Source: Acidimicrobiia bacterium
Lineage (GTDB): Bacteria; Actinomycetota; Acidimicrobiia; Spongiisociales; ZC4RG35
Direction of reading: 5' to 3'
Length of the DNA stretch: 64,000 nt
Assembly: GCA_035249605.1 (NCBI GenBank)
Contig: DATFGI010000059.1
Location: 136 to 64,135 of the forward strand
In this document: positions 9,399 to 18,334 of the stretch, piece by piece
How positions within the stretch are numbered: position 1 is the stretch's first letter
Layout of the letters: each line of letters opens with the position of its first letter
Translations under genes and position numbers: made by a program
The notes under the pieces: generated by a model
The model's input: only the letters and a program-made list of their open reading frames with translations
What the model was told of the DNA's origin: nothing
Databases searched by the model: none

Positions 9399-9412
9399 AA
9401 CCCAGGGTTCGC
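9399..9412. repeat. copy of palindromic motif AACCCAGGGTTCGC
   Basis: The same 14-mer occurs at 21330-21342 and, as its inverted form, at 21366-21379. This copy sits immediately after the operon stop at 9380. Confidence 0.5.
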
Positions 9413-9422
9413 TGATCGGCGT

Positions 9423-10010
9423 CTACGTCACCACCCTGGTCTTGGCCAACAGGTCGTGGGCGCCGGGTTTTCCGAGGAGAACGGGACCCACCACCGCCAC
9501 CAGCACCACCATCGAGGCGGCCGCCAACCAGGTGCCGACCGGCTCGGCGCCCGACGTCGCGATCAGCCTCACCGCCCCCATGTGACCGAACTGCCAGGGC
9601 AGGACCTTGACCAGGTTCCGGGTGATCACGGCCGACAGCTGCGGCGATCCCCCTTCCGAACCTGCGACACGTAGCCCGGCCCTCGTCTTGCCCCACGTGG
9701 CGTGGGGGTACCGGAACTCGGAGACCACGAGATAGAGGAAGTAGGGGAGGACGGTGAGCACCGTTATGGCCAGGTCGGCGGACCATTGCGTGGTCCATAC
9801 CTCCGACAGGTCCCACCAACCCGCCAACTGGGGCCCACCGATCAAGACGAAGACAGCGGCGAGCCAGGCGAGGACCACCAGGTAGTCCCACCACCAGGAG
9901 GCCAGGCGGGATCCCAGACCGGCAGCGGCGCTCACCAGGGCCACCCAAGGGTGGAGACGAGGGGTTGTCAAGTGTGACTTTCCGACACCAAGAGCCGATC
10001 CGTGCCACAA
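9423..10010 (-). CDS. RDD-family-like membrane protein
   Basis: Hydrophobic segments plus TRAGLRVAGSEG...RNLVKVLPWQFGH resemble the RDD domain. The start is uncertain; a GTG at VALVSAAAG is an alternative. Confidence 0.5.
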   Translation of the reverse strand: MWHGSALGVGKSHLTTPRLHPWVALVSAAAGLGSRLASWWWDYLVVLAWLAAVFVLIGGPQLAGWWDLSEVWTTQWSADLAITVLTVLPYFLYLVVSEFRYPHATWGKTRAGLRVAGSEGGSPQLSAVITRNLVKVLPWQFGHMGAVRLIATSGAEPVGTWLAAASMVVLVAVVGPVLLGKPGAHDLLAKTRVVT

Positions 10011-10045
10011 TCGCCGGTCATGTCCTGGGGTCGGAGCATTTAGGG

Positions 10046-10789
10046 ATGCCCGGATACGTCACTCATGTCAGCGTGGTGGAGCCCGTCAGAGATGACGGTG
10101 CTTCTGTCTCCACGCGGACCACCATCGACGCGTCGGTGGGCGCCGAGCATCTCACCCAAACCGTGCTGTCCTTCTCTCCCGGCAGCTCCCCCGAACTGGG
10201 CCACACCGACCGCGACGAGATCGCATATGTCGTCTCCGGCGCCGGCTCGCTCCAGCTCAACGGTGAGACTCATGGCCTCCATCCCGACGTCGGTGTCTAC
10301 GTCCGAGCGGGTGAGACCTACCGGATCGACAACGAGGGCGACGACGAATTGGTCATGGTCTCGGTCACGGCCCCGTCGCCCGAGGAGGAGTCGGACACGC
10401 CTCGCAAGGTCATCGTCGACACCGTCGACCAGGAAGTGATCCCCGCGGGGAAGGACCGTCAGTTCAAATTCGTGATCAACCCCGATGCGGGCTGTCTCGA
10501 GGTCACCCAGTTCGTCGGTTGGATCCCACCCGGTCGCGCCCCCACCCACTACCACCTCTACGACGAGGTGATGTACATCCTGGACGGTGACGGTGTGCTC
10601 CATCTGGAGGGACATCCCGACACGCCGATCACCACCGGCACATGCATCCATCTCCCGCCACCTGTCGAGCACTGTGTCGAGAACACGGGAGACAGGCCAT
10701 TGAGGGTTCTCGGCGTGTTCCACCCTGCGGGGAGTGCCGCCGAGGCATACGAAGAAGAAACAGACAATGAAGGGAAACATGGTGAGTAG
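10046..10789 (+). CDS. bicupin (two cupin domains; possible dioxygenase)
   Basis: Two cupin-like blocks (GHTDRDEIAYVVSG...GETYRIDNEG and PTHYHLYDEVMYILDGDG...HLPPPVEHCVEN). ATG at 10046 is chosen over the track start at 9965 to avoid overlapping the divergent membrane gene. Confidence 0.6.
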   Translation: MPGYVTHVSVVEPVRDDGASVSTRTTIDASVGAEHLTQTVLSFSPGSSPELGHTDRDEIAYVVSGAGSLQLNGETHGLHPDVGVYVRAGETYRIDNEGDDELVMVSVTAPSPEEESDTPRKVIVDTVDQEVIPAGKDRQFKFVINPDAGCLEVTQFVGWIPPGRAPTHYHLYDEVMYILDGDGVLHLEGHPDTPITTGTCIHLPPPVEHCVENTGDRPLRVLGVFHPAGSAAEAYEEETDNEGKHGE

Positions 10790-12002
10790 ACAACGGACAT
10801 GGAGGCTGGCGGCGGCGCTGCTGGCTCTCGCCCTGGTGGCTGCGGCATGCAGTCCCGCCGAGGAGGGTGGTGGTAGCACCACCACCGCCGCCGACGTGAC
10901 CACGACCGAAGGTGAGACCGGTACCACCGCAGGCGAGACCACGACCACCGGCGCGCAGCCAGCGGACACATGTGACGCCACACTCGGTTTCATGGGGCCC
11001 ATCACCGGTGAGGTGGCCTTCATCGGAGAGGTCCAGTTCAACTGGTTCAAATACGCCCTCGACACATGGAACGAGGAGATGGGCCACGACGTCCAGTTCG
11101 TGGAGGCCGACACCCAGTTCGTCGTGCAGCAGGCGGCCACGCTCGCCCAGACGTTGCTCGACAACCCCGACGTCATCGGGGTCGTGGGACCGGCGGGCTC
11201 GGATCAGGTCGACGCCGCCGGTGCGGTGTTCGAGGCCGGCGATCCCGACATGACGGTGATCTCGCCATCCTCGACCCGGGTGGGCATCACCGCTCAGTAC
11301 ACCGGGCTCTTCCGGACGGTTCCCACCGATGCCGACCAAGGCCCCACCACTGCCGACTTCCTGGTCGGACAGGGTGCGACCACGGTGTTCATGGTGGACG
11401 ACCAGTCGTCGTACTCGACGGGTCTGGCCGACTCCACTCAAGCGGCGCTCGAGGAGGCCGATGTCACCGTCATCAGGGAGTCGGTGTCACAGGACGTGAC
11501 CGACTTCTCCGCACTGGTGGGCACCATCCCCGACGAGGCCGAGTTCGTGTACCTCCCATGGCAGGTGGCGGCCAACGGCACCATCTTCGCCAATCAGATG
11601 GCGGAGCAGGGCAAGGAGGCCGTGATATTCGGGTCTGACGGCATGGACTCCGACGACTTCCTGGTCGCCGGGTCGTATATCGCCGCCTTCGCCCCGGACA
11701 TCTCGGCCATCGAGGGCTCGCAGAGCATCCTCGAGGGCTACCTGGAGCAGTACGAGAACACCAACACCTTCGGGCCTCCGGTGTACGCCGCGGCTCGGGT
11801 GCTCTTGGAGGCGATCGACCGGGTGTGCCAGACCGGTGCGACCCCGGACCGGGCCAGCGTCCAGGCCGAGGTGCGCAACACCGACATGGCCGACTCGATC
11901 CTGGGCTCGCCGATCTCGTTCACCGAGGACGGAGACCTGGCAGAGGGCAAGTTCTTCATCTTCCAGATCCAGGAGGACGGGACGAAGACGCTGGTCGAGT
12001 AA
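10767..12002 (+). CDS. ABC transporter substrate-binding lipoprotein, Leu/Ile/Val-binding (LivJ/K) family
   Basis: Lipoprotein signal LAAALLALALVAAAC followed by a Thr/Gly-rich linker and a periplasmic-binding-protein type I fold. An alternative ATG at 10779 has a better SD (AAGGGAA). Confidence 0.8.
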   Translation: MKGNMVSRQRTWRLAAALLALALVAAACSPAEEGGGSTTTAADVTTTEGETGTTAGETTTTGAQPADTCDATLGFMGPITGEVAFIGEVQFNWFKYALDTWNEEMGHDVQFVEADTQFVVQQAATLAQTLLDNPDVIGVVGPAGSDQVDAAGAVFEAGDPDMTVISPSSTRVGITAQYTGLFRTVPTDADQGPTTADFLVGQGATTVFMVDDQSSYSTGLADSTQAALEEADVTVIRESVSQDVTDFSALVGTIPDEAEFVYLPWQVAANGTIFANQMAEQGKEAVIFGSDGMDSDDFLVAGSYIAAFAPDISAIEGSQSILEGYLEQYENTNTFGPPVYAAARVLLEAIDRVCQTGATPDRASVQAEVRNTDMADSILGSPISFTEDGDLAEGKFFIFQIQEDGTKTLVE

Positions 12003-12027
12003 CAAGCCCAACCCAGGGCGGGGATCG

Positions 12028-12945
12028 ATGGAGTTCTTTCTCCAGCAGACCGTGAACGGTCTGACATTGGGCAGTGTGTATGCCCTCCTCGCCCTGGGCT
12101 ACTCGATGGTCTATGGGGTCCTGAAGTTCTTGAACTTCGCCCATGGCGAGGTCTACATGTTCGGGGCGTTCGCCGGGTATGGCGTCCTCATCCTCCTCGG
12201 TGGGCCCACGGCACTGATTGTGCCGGTGTGGCTGGCGCTGACACTCATGTTCGTGGGCTCGATGGCCGTGTCCTCCAGTGTCGGGGTGGCCTTGGAGCGG
12301 TTCGCCTACCGCCCATTGCGCACTGCCTCCCGCCTCGCCCCCCTGATCAGCGCCATCGGCGCCTCCTTCTTCTTGCAGGCGGCGGCGCTACTGCTGTTCT
12401 CGGCCAACTCGCGCAGCTATGACGCTCCCACCCTGATACCCATCGACACCGGGGTCACAATCGGCCCGATCGACGTGTGGGCGGTCCGGATCCTGGTCAT
12501 CGTCGCCGCGTTCGTCCTGATGATCCTGCTCACCTGGTGGGTGAAGGCGAGCCGGGCCGGCAAGGCGATCCGGGCGGTCTCTTTCGACACCGAGGCGGCG
12601 GCGATGATGGGTATCGACGTCAACAGGGTGGTGGTGATCACGTTCCTCATCGGGTCGGCCCTGGCCGGAGTCGGGGGCGTGATGGTCGGCTTGGTCTTCG
12701 GGCGGATCTTTCACTTCATGGGCTTCATCGCCGGGCTCAAGGCGTTCACCGCCGCCGTCGTCGGCGGCATCGGGAGCATCCCCGGGGCGATGCTGGGCGG
12801 TCTCCTCATCGGCTTCGCCGAGTCATACACGACTGCCTACATATCGTCGACCTTCCAGAATCTCATCGTCTTCGCTCTGCTCATCGTCTTCCTCCTGATA
12901 CGACCGAGCGGCATCCTCGGCCGCCCCGAGCTCGTGAAAGTCTGA
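12028..12945 (+). CDS. branched-chain amino acid ABC permease (LivH-type)
   Basis: N-terminus MEFFLQQTVNGLTLGSVYALLALGYSMVYGVLKFLNFAHGE is canonical for LivH. RBS GGGCGGGGA. Confidence 0.85.
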   Translation: MEFFLQQTVNGLTLGSVYALLALGYSMVYGVLKFLNFAHGEVYMFGAFAGYGVLILLGGPTALIVPVWLALTLMFVGSMAVSSSVGVALERFAYRPLRTASRLAPLISAIGASFFLQAAALLLFSANSRSYDAPTLIPIDTGVTIGPIDVWAVRILVIVAAFVLMILLTWWVKASRAGKAIRAVSFDTEAAAMMGIDVNRVVVITFLIGSALAGVGGVMVGLVFGRIFHFMGFIAGLKAFTAAVVGGIGSIPGAMLGGLLIGFAESYTTAYISSTFQNLIVFALLIVFLLIRPSGILGRPELVKV

Positions 12946-12947
12946 TC

Positions 12948-14363
12948 ATGAACATCGGTGTCGATCGTTGGGTGGCCGAGTCCGCGGAGCGCGAGGAGCA
13001 GTACACGGGATGGACCGGCCCGGCCCGCCGACTCCTCGACAAGGTCCCGTCGGGATGGAAGCTCCTGGCCTTCGTGGCCGTGGCCGCGGTCTACCCGTTC
13101 CTCGTCCCCGCGTCAGGGGTGAGGATCGGGATCAGCGCCCTTCTCCTCGCATTGTTGGCGATCGGGTTGAACACGGTGGTGGGCTGGGCAGGCCTTCTCG
13201 ACCTGGGCTACATCGCCTTCTACGGTTTCGGCGCCTACTTCTACGCCATCGTCTCCTCGGATCATCTCCCCGCGTTCTGGCCCACCTGGGTGTCGATCCC
13301 GGTGATCGTGGCGGCCAGCGCCCTGCTCGGGGCACTTCTCAGCCTTCCCTCCAGACGGCTGGTTGGCGACTACCTGGCCATCATGACGCTGTTCTTCGCC
13401 CAGGTCTTCTTGGAGTTGATCGTCAACTTCGAGCGTCTGCCCGGTGTGCAGATCGACCTCACCGGTGGTCCCAACGGGATCATCCGGGTGCAGCCGTGGT
13501 CGCTCTTCGGCTTCTCGTTCAACACCTTCAACCGCAACTTCTACCTGCTCCTCGCCCTACTCGGCCTGCTCATCGTGCTGCTGCGGAACATCGACGGGTC
13601 GAGGACGGGGAGGGCGTGGCGGGCGTTGCGGGAAGACACCCTGGCCGCGGCCCACATGACGACCCCGGTCAACCGGATGAAGATGCTGGCCTACGCCACC
13701 GGCGCAGCCATCGCCGGGCTCACCGGCACCGTCCTCGGGCCGGTCCAGGTCGGGGTCTTCCCCAACAACTTCGAGCTGATCTTCCTGATCACGATCTACG
13801 CCGCTCTCATACTCGGCGGCCTGGGGTCGATACCGGGGGCGGTGCTGGGTGCGATCGCGGTGGCTTTCACACCCGAGATCCTGCGCAACCCCGGCGTCGC
13901 CGGCTGGCTGTTCTATCTCGGGCTGGCGATGTTGCTGGTCGCCATGCTGAAGAAGCGGGTCGCTCTCATCTCCGTGGTCGCCGGCCTGGTGGTGTTCGGT
14001 TACGTGATCAGGGGGGCCGTCCTGGCGATCTGGGACGAGACCATCCTGGGCACGGCCAATGACACCCTCCTGTCACGGCTGTTGGACGGTTGGATGCTCA
14101 TCCTGGGACCGGCCCAGGACGTGGCCGGGAGCTACGCCTTCATCCTCACCATCGGCGGGGTGCTCGGGGTCATCGTGGCCACGGGCTGGTGGAAGGCGGT
14201 GCTGCTGATACCCACCGTCTACCTGGCCATCTTCGTCTGGGAGAACAAGCTGGCCCTCCAGCCCAGCATCACCCGCCAGCTGCTCTTCGGCGGGGTCCTG
14301 GTGGTGATGATGGCGGTGCGCCCCCAGGGTTTGCTGGGCACGCGAAGGGTGGAGATCACGTGA
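12948..14363 (+). CDS. branched-chain amino acid ABC permease (LivM-type)
   Basis: ATG lies 2 nt after the LivH stop. It has multiple transmembrane segments and LivM-type motifs (LLDLGYIAFYGFGAY). The track ORF is over-extended upstream. Confidence 0.8.
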   Translation: MNIGVDRWVAESAEREEQYTGWTGPARRLLDKVPSGWKLLAFVAVAAVYPFLVPASGVRIGISALLLALLAIGLNTVVGWAGLLDLGYIAFYGFGAYFYAIVSSDHLPAFWPTWVSIPVIVAASALLGALLSLPSRRLVGDYLAIMTLFFAQVFLELIVNFERLPGVQIDLTGGPNGIIRVQPWSLFGFSFNTFNRNFYLLLALLGLLIVLLRNIDGSRTGRAWRALREDTLAAAHMTTPVNRMKMLAYATGAAIAGLTGTVLGPVQVGVFPNNFELIFLITIYAALILGGLGSIPGAVLGAIAVAFTPEILRNPGVAGWLFYLGLAMLLVAMLKKRVALISVVAGLVVFGYVIRGAVLAIWDETILGTANDTLLSRLLDGWMLILGPAQDVAGSYAFILTIGGVLGVIVATGWWKAVLLIPTVYLAIFVWENKLALQPSITRQLLFGGVLVVMMAVRPQGLLGTRRVEIT

Positions 14364-15151
14364 CCGACCCCATCCTCGACATCCGCGGCGTCTCCAAGTC
14401 CTTCGGCGGTCTCAAGGTGATCCAGGACCTCGACCTCGTCGTGTCGCCTGGGGAGGTGGTCAGCGTGATCGGGCCCAACGGCGCCGGCAAGACCACCCTC
14501 TTCAACATGATCAGCGGCATCTACGAGCCCGATGCCGGGGACATCCTCCTCGACGGGGAGAGCATCGTCGGCGACTCCCCGGAGGACATCGCCAACCGGG
14601 GCATCGCCCGCACGTTCCAGACACTGCGGGTGTTCCTCAACATGACCGTCCGGGAGAACGTGATGGCCGCCACATACGGGGCGACCAAGGCCCGTATGTG
14701 GCAATCGGCCTTGCGCACCCCGAAGGCGCGTCGGGAGGAGCGGCAGGCCCGGGCCCTCGCCGAGGAGAAGCTCTCCTTCTTCGGGGAGCGACTGGTCGGC
14801 TACCGCTGGGACCAGCCCGCCTACAGCCTCTCCTACGCCAACCGGCGCCGTCTCGAGGTTGCCCGCGCCATGGCGACCAATCCCCGGCTGCTCATGCTCG
14901 ACGAGCCGGCAGCGGGCATGAACCCGGCCGAGACCCTGGAGATCTCCGGGCTCATCGGCAGGCTCCGCGACGAAGCCGGCTTCTCCATCCTCGTGATCGA
15001 GCACGACATGCACGTCGTGGAGGGGATCTCCGATCGGGTGATAGCCCTCGACCACGGGGTGAGGATCGCCGAGGGGACGTTCGAGTCGGTCGCCGAGGAC
15101 CCGGCGGTGATCGAGGCATACCTGGGTCATGGCGCGGCGGGTCGGAAATGA
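14360..15151 (+). CDS. ABC ATP-binding protein (LivG-type)
   Basis: GTG start overlaps the LivM stop (GTGA). Walker A GPNGAGKTT and the LivG-type insertion are present. Confidence 0.85.
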   Translation: MTDPILDIRGVSKSFGGLKVIQDLDLVVSPGEVVSVIGPNGAGKTTLFNMISGIYEPDAGDILLDGESIVGDSPEDIANRGIARTFQTLRVFLNMTVRENVMAATYGATKARMWQSALRTPKARREERQARALAEEKLSFFGERLVGYRWDQPAYSLSYANRRRLEVARAMATNPRLLMLDEPAAGMNPAETLEISGLIGRLRDEAGFSILVIEHDMHVVEGISDRVIALDHGVRIAEGTFESVAEDPAVIEAYLGHGAAGRK

Positions 15152-15864
15152 CCGGGACCTCTCCAATGCTCGCCCTGCGCCATGTCAACACCTACTACGG
15201 GCAGATCCACATCCTCCAGGACATCTCGATGGAGATCGGCCCCGGCGAGCTGGTCTGTCTCCTCGGGGGCAACGCCTCGGGCAAGTCCACCACCCTCAAG
15301 ACCATCCTCGGGATCGTGCCCCCGCGCAGCGGGACCGTCGAGTTCGACGGAATCGACGTGACCGGCGACACCACCAGCTCCCGGATCGCCCGGGGCATGG
15401 CCATCGTCCCCGAGAACCGACGTCTGTTCGCGCCGATGACCGTGTTGGAGAACCTGGAGATGGGGGCGTATCTCCGCGGCGACGACTTCTCCGAGGACCT
15501 TGCGCAGGTGTATGAGCTGTTTCCGGTGCTGGCCAGCCGCAGCCAGCAGCTCGCCGGCACCCTCTCCGGAGGCGAGCAGCAGATGGTGGCGATGGGGCGG
15601 GCCCTGATGTCGAAGCCGAAACTGCTCCTCATGGACGAGCCGTCGATGGGGCTGGCCCCGATCCTCGTCGAGCAGAGCTTCGAGATCATCGAACGGGTCC
15701 ACCAGGCGGGGGTCTCGGTGCTGGTGGTCGAGCAGAACGCCAACATGGCCTTGTCCATCGCCGACCACGGTTACGTGCTGTCGACGGGACGCATCGTGCT
15801 CGCCGACACCGCCTCTGCCCTCTCGGCGCACGAGGATCTGAAGAAGGCCTATCTTGGTCGCTGA
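15148..15864 (+). CDS. ABC ATP-binding protein (LivF-type)
   Basis: ATGA overlap with LivG. Contains GGNASGKSTTLKTILG, LSGGEQQMVAMGRAL and LLLMDEPSMGLAP. Confidence 0.85.
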   Translation: MTGTSPMLALRHVNTYYGQIHILQDISMEIGPGELVCLLGGNASGKSTTLKTILGIVPPRSGTVEFDGIDVTGDTTSSRIARGMAIVPENRRLFAPMTVLENLEMGAYLRGDDFSEDLAQVYELFPVLASRSQQLAGTLSGGEQQMVAMGRALMSKPKLLLMDEPSMGLAPILVEQSFEIIERVHQAGVSVLVVEQNANMALSIADHGYVLSTGRIVLADTASALSAHEDLKKAYLGR

Positions 15865-15882
15865 GCACCACGAAGAGAATCG

Positions 15883-17034
15883 ATGAGCGACGCCCTGCCC
15901 CACTCCATCCGTGACCGTTTCCCGCTGCTGAGGCAGGCGACCTACACCAACAGCTGCTCCCAGGGCGCCCTCTCCGACGAGGTGCGCGCCGCCTACGAGC
16001 GCTATCTCACCGACTGGGACGAGAAGGGGGCGCCATGGGACCTCTGGGTGGAGCTGACCGACGCGGCGCGCTCACGATTCGCCCGGCTTCTCAACGCGTC
16101 GACCGAAGAGATCGCAGTCACCACCTCGGTGTCGGCGGGAGTCAGCTCACTGATCAGCGGTCTGCGTCATCCCGAGGGCCGGAACAAGATCGTCGTCAGT
16201 GACTTCGAGTTCCCCACGATCGGCCAGATCATGCATGCCCAGGAGTTGCGCGGCGCCAAGGTGGAGCACGTCCCCGCCTCACCGGACGTCACCATCCCCC
16301 TGGACCGGCTGGCCGAGGCGATCGACGAGGAGACGGCCCTGGTCGCCATGACCTATGTGTGCTTCCGCAACGGGTCGAAGACAGACGTCGAGGCGGTCAT
16401 CGACCTGGCCCACCAGGCCGGCGCCTACGTGCTGCTCGACGCCTACCAGGCGGTGGGAGCCGTACCGATCGACGTCCGCGAGCTCGGGGTCGACTTCGTC
16501 GCCGGGGGCAACCTCAAGTACCTCCTCGGGTCGGCCGGGCTCGCCTTCCTCTACTGCCGCGCCGATCTGTTAGACCATTTCACCCCCACACAAACCGGGT
16601 GGTTCGCCGACCGGGACATCTTCGAGATGGACATCTTCGACTACTCCCCCTCGGCCACAGCCACCAAGTTCGAGAGCGGGACCCCGAGCGTGCCCAGCAT
16701 CTACGCGGGAGTGGCCGGCATGGACCTGATGGACGAGATCGGCATCCCCGAGACCGAACGGCATGTGAGAAGTCTCACCGACCAGCTCATTGCTGGCCTC
16801 GACCGGATCGGGGCAACGATGGTGACCCCCAGGGACCCGGCGCGGAGAGGCCCCATGATCGCGGTCGCCACCACCGATCCGGGGACGATGGTCGCCGCCC
16901 TGGCCGAGGATCGGATCCTGACCACCCCCCGGGACAACAACATCCGCCTGTCCTGGCACTCTTACAACTCGGCCGAGGACGTCGAGGCGGTGGTTGCCGG
17001 GCTGGAGCGGCACTCGGCGCTGCTCGCCCGCTGA
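15883..17034 (+). CDS. class V aminotransferase-fold PLP enzyme, kynureninase-like (tentative)
   Basis: GAVPIDV...GGNLKYLLGSAG (the candidate PLP Lys in a KYL context), GWF and the C-terminal PRDNNIRLSWH track conserved kynureninase blocks (CTYKYLNGGPG, SGWFGH, RxxxxRxG). Confidence 0.55.
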   Translation: MSDALPHSIRDRFPLLRQATYTNSCSQGALSDEVRAAYERYLTDWDEKGAPWDLWVELTDAARSRFARLLNASTEEIAVTTSVSAGVSSLISGLRHPEGRNKIVVSDFEFPTIGQIMHAQELRGAKVEHVPASPDVTIPLDRLAEAIDEETALVAMTYVCFRNGSKTDVEAVIDLAHQAGAYVLLDAYQAVGAVPIDVRELGVDFVAGGNLKYLLGSAGLAFLYCRADLLDHFTPTQTGWFADRDIFEMDIFDYSPSATATKFESGTPSVPSIYAGVAGMDLMDEIGIPETERHVRSLTDQLIAGLDRIGATMVTPRDPARRGPMIAVATTDPGTMVAALAEDRILTTPRDNNIRLSWHSYNSAEDVEAVVAGLERHSALLAR

Positions 17035-17069
17035 TTCACTGTGGCGGGGTCGGCTGGCACAATCGGGGG

Positions 17070-17813
17070 ATGGACGTCGACGCCTACCTCGACCGGATCG
17101 GGCTTTCCGGCCCGCTCCAACCCAACCTGGAGAACCTGGAGCGGCTGCAGCGCGCCCATCTGACGACGGTTCCATTCGAGAACCTCGACGTCTACGCCCG
17201 GCGCGGGGTCAAAACCGACGATCTCTGGACGGTTGCCAAGGTGGTGGAGCGGCGGCGTGGCGGTTGGTGCTTCGAGCTCAACGGCGCATTCTCCGCCCTG
17301 CTCACCGCCCTCGGATACGACGTGAAACGTGTCGCCGCCGATGTCCTCTACGGGAACGTCTATCCCATGCCCACCCATCATTCCATCGAGGTGAGCCTGG
17401 ACCGGCCCTACCTCGTCGACGTCGGGTTCGGCGACTCCTTCATCCGCCCACTCCCCCTCGACTCACCCGGGCCTCACGATGGGGGCAGCGGCTGGTACGG
17501 GTTCTTGTTCGAGAACGGGACCACGACCGTGGTGTCTCACGAGGAGGAGGGGATCGAGCCGCACTTCCGCTGGGGCCCCGACGGCCGTCGTCCCGAGGAC
17601 TTCGCCGAGGCATCGACCTACTTGCAGGTGACCCCGGGGTTGCGCTGGACGGAGTCCCGCTTCGCCACCCGGCTCTTGGACGGCGGGCCCGACCGGGTGA
17701 CATTGCTCACCGATCGGATCAAGTTCCGCCACGACGGGGAATGGACCGAGCGCCCGGTCGACGAGGAAGAGTGGCCTGAGCTGCTCGACACATGGTTCGG
17801 GATGACCCCGTAG
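17070..17813 (+). CDS. arylamine N-acetyltransferase (NAT family)
   Basis: YLDRIGLSG...LERLQRAHLTTVPFENLDV is the NAT family N-terminus. The ATG at 17070 has GGGGGA upstream. The track ORF over-extends to 16359. Confidence 0.8.
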   Translation: MDVDAYLDRIGLSGPLQPNLENLERLQRAHLTTVPFENLDVYARRGVKTDDLWTVAKVVERRRGGWCFELNGAFSALLTALGYDVKRVAADVLYGNVYPMPTHHSIEVSLDRPYLVDVGFGDSFIRPLPLDSPGPHDGGSGWYGFLFENGTTTVVSHEEEGIEPHFRWGPDGRRPEDFAEASTYLQVTPGLRWTESRFATRLLDGGPDRVTLLTDRIKFRHDGEWTERPVDEEEWPELLDTWFGMTP

Positions 17814-17834
17814 AACCGCCCCGACCCCGTTCTG

Positions 17835-18257
17835 TCAGTTGTTCGGTGGCGCCGCGCTGATCTCGCCCAGAGCCGACTTCGGGTCGCGCTCCACGGCGAG
17901 GTCACCGATCGACACGATCCCGACCAGGTTGCCGTTGTCCATGACGGGGAGGCGACGTATGGCGCGCTCCTCCATCGTCTTGACTGCGACGGCGATCGCG
18001 TCGTCGGGGCCGACCGTCACCACCTCGTGCCTGCAGACGTCGTCGAGCTTGGTCGAGCCGGGGCTGGCGCCCTCGGCTACACCGCGCACCACTATGTCCC
18101 GGTCAGTGATGATCCCACAGACGCTCCCGTCGGCCTTGGTCACCACCACGTCACCGATGTCGTTGTCCCGCATCGCGGCGGCCGCCTCCTGGAGACTGTT
18201 GTCCGTGGTCAACGTCACCGGGTCGGCGGTCATCACATCGGACACTCGTTGCGGCAT
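17835..18257 (-). CDS. CBS-pair domain protein
   Basis: Two CBS motifs. The ATG at 18257 is preceded by GAGGAGGA. The track start at 18494 is an over-extension. Confidence 0.75.
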   Translation of the reverse strand: MPQRVSDVMTADPVTLTTDNSLQEAAAAMRDNDIGDVVVTKADGSVCGIITDRDIVVRGVAEGASPGSTKLDDVCRHEVVTVGPDDAIAVAVKTMEERAIRRLPVMDNGNLVGIVSIGDLAVERDPKSALGEISAAPPNN

Positions 18258-18334
18258 GGCAGTCCTCCTCGACTCGTTGCGTCTCCATACCCGCGCGTGC
18301 TCGCCTCCGAAACCAGGCGGGGCGCGGGTGCAGC

